Part shown: positions 47,573 to 55,855 of the stretch, one piece after another
Numbering within the stretch: position 1 is the first letter of the stretch
Layout: each line of letters begins with the position of its first letter
From: an uncultured archaeon
GTDB taxonomy: Archaea > Thermoproteota > EX4484-205 > JAAOZP01
DNA length: 64,000 nucleotides
Direction of reading: 5' to 3'
Assembly: GCA_938045545.1 (NCBI GenBank)
Contig: CALIBN010000002.1
Span: 90,675 to 154,674 of the forward strand
The notes under the pieces: model-generated
What the model saw: the letters and a program-made list of their open reading frames with translations, nothing else
What the model was told of the DNA's origin: nothing
Database searches by the model: none
Program-made: the position numbers and the translations under genes

Positions 47573-48772
47573 ATGAGGAAAAACAGTATTGCTGTGATCA
47601 CCACCCTAACCATAATCTTACTGGGTGTTTTCAACAGTACTGTTAAAGCCCCTGTAGGCTGGAAAGCATACTACTATAGGCTTAAAATATGCTTCATAAA
47701 CAAGGGTTCAGGCAGCTACACTCCTACTCTGGAGGACAGGTTATTCCTAATCTTCCCAAATACTTCAATCCAAAAAACGTATATTTATGAAGTCGAACCG
47801 AGCGTTAAGCGGGTTTTCACGGATGAAGATGGCAATCTGCTTGCAGAACTAGATTTCCCGGAGACCATTAAACCAGGTGGAAACATTACTGTGAGAATCA
47901 TAGTAATGGTTAACCTAACCTTCAGAAGCCTGCCTGAAATCTCCGTCAACTCCTCCGGAAGCTTTTCAGACATACCTGCTACGCTTGCGCACTATACTGT
48001 TTCAAGCGGTGCCTGGAGGTATAGGGATGAAGGTTTAAAGCATATAGCTGAGCTTGCCGCTGAGATCAAAGGTAACGATACAAACCTGCTCAGAGTAGTT
48101 TGTAAAATGGTCGAGTTCATAGGGGAGAGGGTTAGTTATCCCGAGGGGGAAGAATTAAGACCCCCACAGTACCCGAACCAGACGCTGCCCAGCACCGGGG
48201 AAACAGGCCGGGGAGACTGCGACGACCAGTCTGCACTCCTAATAGCCATGCTCAGATCAGTTGGAATACCTGCTTATCTTCAAACTGGGGGAGTGGTTTC
48301 ACCTTTCTACAGTGTCAGCGGGGAAACATGGGGTGGACACTTAACCGTGGTTTCAAAAGGAATAGGATGGCACGGATGGGTTGAAGCCTATATTCCGCCG
48401 TGGGGCTGGCTCCCCGTGGACATAACTTACGGGTACTATTCTCGCCGCCGAGACCCGTTGTCGTCGATAAAGTATTCCGCGTCAGCACGCGAGCTTATGC
48501 TTGAATCCGAGAGATACTCGTCTATAGATTTTGTGGCGGAGTATTTAAAGACGAGGGAGAGGATCGTGGGCAGCAGTATCTTCATACGCATGGAGGAAGA
48601 GGTTTCTGAGACTCCTTTCCCTGATAAGGGTTCTCAACAGGTAGAGCAGCCTGAGGAAAACATGGTGCCGTCTACACTGTTCCTTCCAATTCTGGCAGCG
48701 AGCATAGTTACGCTTACTATTTTCATTTTGCTGAAGCGAGCACCCCCCAGGTTTAAGGGAAGAATAGTGTAA
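47573..48772 (+). CDS. Secreted, C-terminally anchored transglutaminase-like cysteine protease-fold protein
   Basis: 399 aa with a signal peptide. Cys-His-Asp core: GRGDCDDQSALLIAMLRSVGIPA, GWHGWVEAYI, WLPVDIT. C-terminal TM helix. TATA TTTATAAA at 47524-47531. Confidence 0.8.
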   Translation: MRKNSIAVITTLTIILLGVFNSTVKAPVGWKAYYYRLKICFINKGSGSYTPTLEDRLFLIFPNTSIQKTYIYEVEPSVKRVFTDEDGNLLAELDFPETIKPGGNITVRIIVMVNLTFRSLPEISVNSSGSFSDIPATLAHYTVSSGAWRYRDEGLKHIAELAAEIKGNDTNLLRVVCKMVEFIGERVSYPEGEELRPPQYPNQTLPSTGETGRGDCDDQSALLIAMLRSVGIPAYLQTGGVVSPFYSVSGETWGGHLTVVSKGIGWHGWVEAYIPPWGWLPVDITYGYYSRRRDPLSSIKYSASARELMLESERYSSIDFVAEYLKTRERIVGSSIFIRMEEEVSETPFPDKGSQQVEQPEENMVPSTLFLPILAASIVTLTIFILLKRAPPRFKGRIV

Positions 48773-48989
48773 AATACTGCTTTCAAAGCGGCGCACACCC
48801 ATGATCGAGAGAAATAGGTTTAAATCATCCCTCTGAAGCATATATTTCTCGTTGCCGGGTAAGAAATCAGAATGGATAGGCATACTCCTGCTCACAGCAG
48901 GCCTATTCGGGGGAATGATGTTTTTCAAGGAGACGCTCTACTTTCTAACGTTAACGATCCTACTGATAATGATTATGGTAGTATACGTT

Positions 48990-49316
48990 TTATTCAACTC
49001 TAGAAGGAAGAATTCTTTTAAGAAGATCGGTGAAAAGCCTAAGCAGAAGAATAAGGCCAGTCCAAGCGAGAACGTCGATGAAAAGGAATAGAGGGTCGAA
49101 CTTAACGTCAACGTATTTCGCGGTCCTAATGTCTATAATCTGGGTTAGAAAAGGGAGGGGGAGGCCGTTTTTAACATAGTGGTATGGTTCTGAAGGGCTG
49201 TAGAGCCCGATTAACCCTGTCGCAAGGGTTAAAGCAAGCGCTTTCAGAAGCAGCACGCCTTTTTCTCGAAGCCTTACTCCACCCTTTTTCAAAGTGTTAA
49301 GCTTGAAAAACGCCAA
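48990..49316 (-). CDS. Possible small membrane protein
   Basis: 108-aa ORF with two hydrophobic helices. It overlaps a convergent 79-aa ORF (48852-49091) by ~100 nt, so at most one of the overlapping ends is real. Confidence 0.3.
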   Translation of the reverse strand: MAFFKLNTLKKGGVRLREKGVLLLKALALTLATGLIGLYSPSEPYHYVKNGLPLPFLTQIIDIRTAKYVDVKFDPLFLFIDVLAWTGLILLLRLFTDLLKRILPSRVE

Positions 49317-49358
49317 GAATATTAATCTTGCGAAACAGTGTAAGGAGGCAGAGAAACA

Positions 49359-50195
49359 GTGTTCGAGGACGCGCTTGAGAAAATCGGCAGAATGACCGAG
49401 GAGGAAACGGTTAGGCTCTGCGAAGAGGCTTTTGAAAAACTGAGCAGGGAGCCGCCGGTCTTAAGGCTGAATTGCGAAAAAACCCTGGTTGTCGGAGACC
49501 TTCACGGGGATTTGGAGTCTTGCGTAAACGCTCTGCGCCTGGCGAAGCTTAGCGACGCTAAGGCTGTTTTCCTCGGGGACTATGTCGACAGGGGGCCGTA
49601 TCAGAGCAGCGTTATAAACCTTCTCTTACGGATGAAAAACGACAATCCTGATGCAATATTCCTATTAAGGGGCAACCATGAAACTCCTTCGATGAATTTT
49701 TCATACGGTTTTCTAAACCTTCTCGCCAGAAGGTTCGGAAAAGTTTACGAGAAGGTTTACGAAGCGTACTTGAAAGTTTTCTCGGAAATGCCTTTAGCGG
49801 GGATAGTTAACAACAGGATAATGCTGGTTCACGGAGGACTCGCCGAGGGGCTTCAGAGGATCGAGGAGCTTGAAAAAGCCGGTAAGGGAGATTTTGAACC
49901 CGAGGACAAAAGGGTTTTCGAAACGCTCTGGAACGATCCTTCTGAAGACGTTGAAGAATTCTCATCCAACCCTAGGGGACCGGGGATCCACCGTTTCGGC
50001 GGAAAGGCTCTTGAAAGATTTCTGAGGAACAATGGTCTCAGAATGATGGTGAGGAGTCATGAGCCCGTCCCACAGGGCTATCGTATCCTTTTCAACGGAC
50101 TCTTAATAACCATATTTTCCTGCAGGTTCTACGGAGTGAGGCCTACAGCATTAGAATTGAAGGAGGAGAAATACCTTTTTAAAAGCTTAGAATAG
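49359..50195 (+). CDS. PPP-family Ser/Thr protein phosphatase (archaeal PP1-like)
   Basis: 278 aa, GTG start. GDLHGD, GDYVDRG and RGNHE motifs. Confidence 0.85.
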   Translation: MFEDALEKIGRMTEEETVRLCEEAFEKLSREPPVLRLNCEKTLVVGDLHGDLESCVNALRLAKLSDAKAVFLGDYVDRGPYQSSVINLLLRMKNDNPDAIFLLRGNHETPSMNFSYGFLNLLARRFGKVYEKVYEAYLKVFSEMPLAGIVNNRIMLVHGGLAEGLQRIEELEKAGKGDFEPEDKRVFETLWNDPSEDVEEFSSNPRGPGIHRFGGKALERFLRNNGLRMMVRSHEPVPQGYRILFNGLLITIFSCRFYGVRPTALELKEEKYLFKSLE

Positions 50196-50288
50196 AAGAT
50201 TGCGTGCTAAGCGTGCATAACGGCTTGCTGCAAAAAGCTTTGAGCCTGCTTTAATAAGGGTGTTGAAAGATAAGCTTATAAACACAGG

Positions 50289-50642
50289 TTGAAGCAAGAT
50301 GCCAAGATGAGCTCTGAAATAAGCATGGATGACTTCAAGAAGGTTAGGATGGTTGTCGGAACAATAGTGTCCGCTGAAAAGGTTAAGGGTTCTGAAAAGC
50401 TTCTGAAGCTTCAGGTGAGCCTAGGAGGGAATGTAACAAAACAGTCGGTAGCAGGCCTTGGAGCATTCTATACTCCGGAGCAACTCGTCGGTAAACAATA
50501 CGTTTTCGTGACTAACCTTAAGCCGGCTGTCCTGATGGGACAGGTTTCAGAAGTAATGATTCTTGCAGCCGTTGAAGGAAAGAACAGGGTAGCGTTAATA
50601 TGCCCCGACAGTAGGATTTCAGACGGCTCCTCAGTAACATAA
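50289..50642 (+). CDS. tRNA-binding domain protein (Trbp111/CsaA/MetRS-C-terminal-like OB fold)
   Basis: 117 aa. FKKVRMVVGTIVSAEKVKGSEKLLKLQVSLG and VFVTNLKPAVLMG. ATG 50307 is a likely alternative to TTG 50289. Confidence 0.8.
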   Translation: MKQDAKMSSEISMDDFKKVRMVVGTIVSAEKVKGSEKLLKLQVSLGGNVTKQSVAGLGAFYTPEQLVGKQYVFVTNLKPAVLMGQVSEVMILAAVEGKNRVALICPDSRISDGSSVT

Positions 50643-50650
50643 GGCTAAAG

Positions 50651-51706
50651 CTAGGCTTTCAGTATTCGGTATCCAGCTGCTTTCCTAAGCCTGTTCTGTA
50701 TAGCCATGCCAATGCCTTCTTCAGGAAAGCCCTCGGCCACTATAATGTCCGGGTTCATCCTGTCAAGGCTCCTCAGCGCCGGGTAGATTCTTCTCGCCAC
50801 AAGGTCAAGCCTATTCCTCGGGGCGAGTGCCTCCAGCATGACTTGCCCAGGTAGTCGCAGTGCAGTCTCCTCTGAAACCATGCATCCTACTTTCAAACCT
50901 GATTTCAAGTATTCCTCAACCGTTTCAACTATTTTTGCAGCCTTCCTCTCGTAATCGTCTCCTTCCACGACGATCATGTCAGCCCTGGGAGCATAGTGCC
51001 TATACTTCATGCCGGGAGAAGCAGGAACCCCTTCGAAGCCGCCGGACAATATTGAAGGATGCACCTCAACATCGCCAAGGTATTTCCTAAGGATCTCGAG
51101 AGGAATAGGGCCCGGCCTGAGTATGACAGACCTGTTCTCAGACACCTGGATAACAGTCGACTCAACCCCTATGAATGTTTCACCGGCGTCAATTATCATG
51201 TCTATCGAGCCGTTTAAATCCTCGTACACGTCCTTAGCGTTAGTCGGGCTCGGCCTGCCTGAAAGATTAGCGCTTGGAGCAGCTATCGGAGAGCCCAAGT
51301 GCTCGATTAGCCCTAGTGCAACATTGTGGGCGGGCATTCTTACGGCGACTGTTTCAAGACCCGCCGACACGACTGGAGGAACCTTTAGGGATCTGGGAAC
51401 AACTATTGTCAACGGGCCGGGCCACAGCTCCCTGATCAGTTTCTCAGCCCTACGGGGAACACTGGTTGAAACCTGGTTGAGCATCTCCATGCTTGAGACA
51501 TGCACTATAACAGGGTTGTCCGGGGGCCTCTTCTTAGCCGTGAATATTTTCAGAACAGCATTCTCGTTGAAAGCGTTGGCCCCAAGGCCGTATACAGTCT
51601 CGGTTGGAAAGGCTACGAGCCCACCTGACTTCAGGACCGCCGCCGCCTCCTGAAGCACCTTCTTAGAGGGGCGATGCTTATCCGTCTTAAGAACCCTTGT
51701 CAACAA
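50651..51706 (-). CDS. sua5: Threonylcarbamoyl-AMP synthase (Sua5/TsaC with C-terminal SUA5 domain)
   Basis: 351 aa. FPTETVYGLGANAF, SANLSGRPSPT, and a ~130-aa C-terminal extension. Confidence 0.9.
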   Translation of the reverse strand: MLTRVLKTDKHRPSKKVLQEAAAVLKSGGLVAFPTETVYGLGANAFNENAVLKIFTAKKRPPDNPVIVHVSSMEMLNQVSTSVPRRAEKLIRELWPGPLTIVVPRSLKVPPVVSAGLETVAVRMPAHNVALGLIEHLGSPIAAPSANLSGRPSPTNAKDVYEDLNGSIDMIIDAGETFIGVESTVIQVSENRSVILRPGPIPLEILRKYLGDVEVHPSILSGGFEGVPASPGMKYRHYAPRADMIVVEGDDYERKAAKIVETVEEYLKSGLKVGCMVSEETALRLPGQVMLEALAPRNRLDLVARRIYPALRSLDRMNPDIIVAEGFPEEGIGMAIQNRLRKAAGYRILKA

Positions 51707-51833
51707 CCAGCGTTACATAGATTACTAGCCTGTTAATAACATTTTTCCACTGAACTTTCCCTTGGCCAATGGAATGCTTAAGCCGAGGAACAAAAGGGAT
51801 AAAAACAGGTTAAACAGATGTTTAGCGAGAGAA

Positions 51834-51977
51834 ATGCGTGTGGAGATAGTTAGCCTCACGGAGGAGAATCTTGTTGAAGCCCCGGAATGGGATGAGCATC
51901 CTTTCAGCTGCAAGTACTGCATATACTGGGAGTCTCCGGAAGAGTGCGTAGAGCCTTCCGGAGAGAACAGGGGAAAA
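51834..51977 (+). other. Upstream-frame segment that probably encodes the N-terminal ~48 aa of the adjacent GNAT protein
   Basis: MRVEIVSLTEENLVEAPEWDEHPFSCKYCIYWESPEECVEPSGENRGK is read in frame 0. That frame stops at 52004. The GNAT frame (-1 relative) is open from at least 51944. The two frames cross a G_GGA_AAA heptamer at 51971-51977. Confidence 0.55.
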
Positions 51978-52381
51978 CGCTGGCTAAGAAGCTCGACTGG
52001 TTGAGGAGCACGAGAAAAGTGTTTGGCGACTGTGGAAAGCTAATTTATGTAGAAGGGAAGCCCGTCGGCTACGCGCAGTATGCTCCCCCAAAGATGCTCC
52101 CGCGTTCAGCCGAGTACCCTGCGGGACCGCCCAGCGGGGACGCGGTGTTGATCTCATGCCTTTTCATCGCTGAAAAGGAATACAGGAGGCGTGGGCTCGG
52201 TAAGAAGCTTCTGCAAAGCGTAATTGAGGATTTAAGGAGGAGGGGGGTTAAGGCTGTTGAAACCTTTGCTAGGAGAAATAATCCTAACAATCCGTCTGGG
52301 CCGATGGAGTTTTACTTGAAAAACGGGTTTATGGTTCTAAGGGACGACCCCGAGTTTCCGTTAATGAGGATAGAACTATAG
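51944..52381 (+). CDS. GNAT-family acetyltransferase (as annotated from GTG it lacks the usual N-terminal strand and helices)
   Basis: 145 aa. RRRGLGKKLLQ acetyl-CoA motif and FYLKNGF C-terminal motif. Confidence 0.8.
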   Translation: MRRAFRREQGKTLAKKLDWLRSTRKVFGDCGKLIYVEGKPVGYAQYAPPKMLPRSAEYPAGPPSGDAVLISCLFIAEKEYRRRGLGKKLLQSVIEDLRRRGVKAVETFARRNNPNNPSGPMEFYLKNGFMVLRDDPEFPLMRIEL

Positions 52382-52447
52382 GGAATAGAAACGTTTTATT
52401 CAGGCAAATAAGGTTTGAGCAACGTTTTTGAAAGGTTTTAGGTTTAA

Positions 52448-52690
52448 ATGGGCAAGCCAACAACATTAGCCGGCGTTAGACCAATGAAGGTTAAAGTGTT
52501 CATACAGAGGCTTCGCGAAACCAGGATTCTAGACTTAGAGGAGAACAGCAAGATTGAAGACCTTCTTAAGACATTAAGGATAAGCGTTTCTGAAGTAATC
52601 CCTGTTAAGAATGGAGTTATAGTCACTGAGAAAGAGCCTCTTGGAGAAGGAGACGAGATTAAGCTGCTGAGCGTTGTCTCAGGCGGTTGA
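52448..52690 (+). CDS. ThiS/MoaD/TtuB-like ubiquitin-fold sulfur-carrier protein ending in Gly-Gly
   Basis: The ORF ends ...EIKLLSVVSGG-stop. The likely true start is M13 (52484, MKVKVFIQ), giving a 68-aa beta-grasp-size protein. The stop is 3 nt before the ttuA-like start. Confidence 0.75.
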   Translation: MGKPTTLAGVRPMKVKVFIQRLRETRILDLEENSKIEDLLKTLRISVSEVIPVKNGVIVTEKEPLGEGDEIKLLSVVSGG

Positions 52691-52693
52691 AGC

Positions 52694-53647
52694 ATGGTCT
52701 GTGAAGACTGTGAGAACAGGCCTGTCTACATTTCTTTAAGTGGAAGAAGCCTATGCAGCAAGCATTTTAAAAAGTATTTCGAGAAAAAAGTCATGCGGAC
52801 AATTAAGAGGTACAGCTTAATCGAATACGGGGAGAGAATTCTAGTAGCCTGCTCAGGAGGCAAGGACAGCATAGCTCTGCTAAGCTTCCTCTTGAGGCTT
52901 ATGAAGAATAAGCGTGAAAACATTGCTGCGATAGCTGTGGACGAGGGCATAAGCGGATACAGGGATGTGAAGCTCAACGGTCTGGTTGAATTCTGCGAGG
53001 AAAATAATATACCTCTGCATACTTACTCGTTCAAGGAGCAGTATGGTTTCACGCTGGACGAGGCCGTTAAAATATCTAGAGAGAACAGGCTTAAAATAAA
53101 GCCCTGCTATATTTGTGGAGTACTCAGGAGAAGCCTGATAAACACTTATGCGAGGAGGCTCGGCTTCTCTAAGGTCGCTACAGGCCACAATCTGGATGAC
53201 GAGGCGCAGACGATCCTCATGAACTATCTCAGGGGGAACCCGTCGCTCCTAGCTAGGCTCGGCCCAAAGACGGGTATTGTTGAAGACGAGGGTTTCATCC
53301 AGAGGGTTAAGCCGTTCTACTTCTGCACGGAGAAGGAGGACGCTATTTACGCGATCCTGACAGGTATTGAAGTAGACTTTGTGGAATGCCCCTACCATGT
53401 TGAGAACTATAGGCTTGAGATAAGGGATTTCCTGAACAGGCTTGACTCGACCATACCCGGGGTTAAGCACAGTCTTGTAAACAATTTTCTCGAAATACTT
53501 CCGCTCCTAAAGAGGGAATACTCGGGCCGCAGCATAGGGCGCTGCAGGGTTTGCGGAAACCCTTCAGCGGGGGAGGTCTGCAGAGCATGCATGGTCGTGG
53601 AGAAAATAAAGCCGTTTCTAGGCGGGAATGTGAACCTTGAGCAGTGA
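52694..53647 (+). CDS. ttuA: TtuA/Ncs6-family tRNA 2-thiolation PP-loop ATPase
   Basis: 317 aa. N-terminal CxxC...CxxH finger, PP-loop ACSGGKDS, CYICG...C Fe-S ligand pattern, and C-terminal CRVCG...CRAC finger. Confidence 0.85.
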   Translation: MVCEDCENRPVYISLSGRSLCSKHFKKYFEKKVMRTIKRYSLIEYGERILVACSGGKDSIALLSFLLRLMKNKRENIAAIAVDEGISGYRDVKLNGLVEFCEENNIPLHTYSFKEQYGFTLDEAVKISRENRLKIKPCYICGVLRRSLINTYARRLGFSKVATGHNLDDEAQTILMNYLRGNPSLLARLGPKTGIVEDEGFIQRVKPFYFCTEKEDAIYAILTGIEVDFVECPYHVENYRLEIRDFLNRLDSTIPGVKHSLVNNFLEILPLLKREYSGRSIGRCRVCGNPSAGEVCRACMVVEKIKPFLGGNVNLEQ

Positions 53648-53915
53648 GGCAGCTAGGTCAACATTCATCTTCCCGGAGAACAGGCTTAGGCTCGCCCATC
53701 TGCTTAGGAGGAATGGTTTCAAAGTTAGAATGCACGGGTACGAGTACCTGGTTGCATACGGCAGCATGTTTCTATGCTTAATACTTCTCCAGCCTTCGGA
53801 AGGCACTGTCTTAATCAGAGAGTTTAAATGGATAAAGGAGTCCAGTAAGCTGGTTGAGAGAATAGTCGGGCTGATTAGAACGCTTGACGCAGCGTCAAGA
53901 ATAATAGTCTACTAG
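53637..53915 (+). CDS. Hypothetical small protein
   Basis: 92-aa ORF (TTG start) overlapping the ttuA-like stop by 11 nt. No motif recognised. The coding status is uncertain. Confidence 0.25.
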   Translation: MSSEAARSTFIFPENRLRLAHLLRRNGFKVRMHGYEYLVAYGSMFLCLILLQPSEGTVLIREFKWIKESSKLVERIVGLIRTLDAASRIIVY

Positions 53916-53925
53916 GCTGGCAACC

Positions 53926-53934
53926 TTTTTAAAA
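53926..53934 (+). promoter_or_regulatory. TATA box of the RAM-domain synthase gene (near-leaderless)
   Basis: TTTTTAAAA is centred ~30 nt upstream of the ATG at 53960. Confidence 0.4.
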
Positions 53935-53959
53935 CCCTGCCTACAGCTCTAAGCCCCAT

Positions 53960-55393
53960 ATGCAGAACCTGGAGAAGCCGATGCTTCTAGACACTACTTT
54001 GAGAGAGGGTCTTCAAACCCCCGGAGTATACTTCACGCTTGAGGAGAGGATTACGATAATGAGGGAGCTAGATAAGTCCGGTATAGAGCTTATTGAAATA
54101 GGATCCCCATACACTGGCGAGGGTGAGAGAAGGATCGTGGCCGAGTTAAGCATGGTGAAAACAAGAGCCCTTAAAGCAGCCCATTGCAGGGCTTTAGAGT
54201 CGGATGTTGATACTGTTCCAGACGGTGTTGACTGGGTTGCTCTCTACCTCTCCCCCGCCGACAGGCATCTGGAAGCGAAGTTTGAAAAAATAGCTGACAA
54301 GAGGGGGTTCGTCCTAACCCAGGTTCCAAGGGCCATCAGGTATGCGAAGAACAGGGGCTACAGGGTGAGGTACACGGCTGAAGACGCTTTCAGAGCAGAC
54401 CTAGGCTTCCTGAAACAGGTTGTCGAGAAAGCTATTGAGGCGGGAGCTGACTCTATCAGTCTACCCGATACTTCAGGAGGAGCCTCTCCTACCGACGTTA
54501 GAAGGGTCTACGGTGAGATAAGCAGGCTTATAAGGGATAGAAACCACCGAAGCCTGATAGAGGCTCATTTTCACAACGACATGGGTATGGCTCTCGCAAA
54601 CACTATGGAGGCCTGGATGAGCGGGGCAAGGATACTCCACGGATCCATGAACTGGCTTGGAGAGCGGGCGGGGATACCGGATACGCTCATCATGGCAACA
54701 TGGATGAAAATCAAACACGGGTATGAGTATGACTTGGCGAATCTCACTAGGCTTGCAGAATACGTGGAGAAGGTTTCAGGGATCAACATACCTCCGAACA
54801 ATCCTGTTTCAGGAAGAAACGCTTTCACCCATACTGCGGGCACTCATCAGAAGGCTGCTTTCAGAGACCCTTTAACATACCAGCCTTTCGACGCAAGCAT
54901 GGTCGGCAGGGAAAGCAGTTTCGCCCTTGGACCCATGGTTGGAAGCGAAGGCGTTAAGGCAGCCTTGAAGAAGAGGGGGGTTGAAACAGACAGGCTTGAG
55001 GAGAAAGTGTTTGAAGAGATAAGGGACAGGGTTAAGTCAGCATATCTTCTACACGGTAGAGGAGCCTCAGCCATGGAGAACATAATAATAGCGGAAGTGT
55101 TGAACAGGACTGGAGTAGCAAAGATAACTCTTCCGGAGAGCATTTCAGCACGAATACTCATAGATGTTGAGAGCATGGGGGACAAGGATTTCGAGGATTT
55201 CTGTAGAGAACTGCTTGCAAGAAACAGAGGGGTTACTGAGATAATTGAAATATGGGGCTCATCCTTCGACTACATGGCTATGGTTGACAGTGTTTCGAGC
55301 CTGAAGGAGCTTGACAATATTGTTAATGGTTTTAGAAGGGCGAAGGGAGTTTTGAAGACAGAAACCCTGATAACGGGGAAAAAGATAAGATAA
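53960..55393 (+). CDS. Homocitrate/isopropylmalate synthase-family enzyme with C-terminal RAM (Lrp/AsnC ligand-binding)-like domain
   Basis: 477 aa. LLDTTLREGLQTPG and EAHFHNDMGMALANT (HMGL core). The last ~85 aa (ARILIDVES...VTEIIEIWGSSFDYMAMVDSVSSLKELDNIVNGFRRAKGVLKTETLI) follow the beta-alpha-beta-beta-alpha-beta RAM pattern. Confidence 0.8.
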   Translation: MQNLEKPMLLDTTLREGLQTPGVYFTLEERITIMRELDKSGIELIEIGSPYTGEGERRIVAELSMVKTRALKAAHCRALESDVDTVPDGVDWVALYLSPADRHLEAKFEKIADKRGFVLTQVPRAIRYAKNRGYRVRYTAEDAFRADLGFLKQVVEKAIEAGADSISLPDTSGGASPTDVRRVYGEISRLIRDRNHRSLIEAHFHNDMGMALANTMEAWMSGARILHGSMNWLGERAGIPDTLIMATWMKIKHGYEYDLANLTRLAEYVEKVSGINIPPNNPVSGRNAFTHTAGTHQKAAFRDPLTYQPFDASMVGRESSFALGPMVGSEGVKAALKKRGVETDRLEEKVFEEIRDRVKSAYLLHGRGASAMENIIIAEVLNRTGVAKITLPESISARILIDVESMGDKDFEDFCRELLARNRGVTEIIEIWGSSFDYMAMVDSVSSLKELDNIVNGFRRAKGVLKTETLITGKKIR

Positions 55394-55602
55394 TGCTTCG
55401 AATCAGGATCGTCGACACTACTCTAAAACCTTCAAGCATCTCTACGTGTCTAGCCCCCATACCTTTCAGAAAATATAGAAAAAGGCTACAGGGTTCGCAA
55501 CCATCGGATTGGAGGGGCATTGGAGCCCATGGTTCAGGAGGGAGCACATGGAGAGACTCGGCTTTAAATCCGTCGATTCCATCAGGGTTAGGCACGCAGT
55601 GA
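55393..55602 (+). pseudogene. Possible relic of a tandem HMGL-synthase paralog
   Basis: The ATG overlaps the upstream stop (TAATG). It encodes MLRIRIVDTTL, the family-typical N-terminus, and then loses similarity. A second frame gives EKGYRVR, compared with KNRGYRVR in the intact gene. The rest of the 460-nt gap has no convincing ORF. Confidence 0.25.
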
Positions 55603-55855
55603 AACATACTGGCCAGTGTTTCAAAATACACTTAATGCGGTTTCCGATTGTCGAGAATGCAAGTCCTCCGAAGTGCGATAAGTAGAGGCTTCTTAGAGGC
55701 GTGAGCTTCTGTCTAGCCCACCCTCTTTACAATCCGGAGAGGCTGGGAATCAAATAAATTTTAAGGAAGACATAGCTTTCTGAACATGTTTTCTATCTGG
55801 TTTGCAAAACTGATTATGAAAAAGGTTAAATCAGACGCTGAACAGTCTTCTCAAC

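Noticed and set aside
51009-51653. 214-aa plus-strand ORF inside the Sua5 gene
   Set aside because: It is antisense to a gene with clear Sua5 motifs, and its translation is low-complexity.
55332-55631. 99-aa minus-strand ORF overlapping the end of the RAM-domain synthase gene
   Set aside because: It overlaps a confident gene in antisense and extends into the gap without a motif or promoter.
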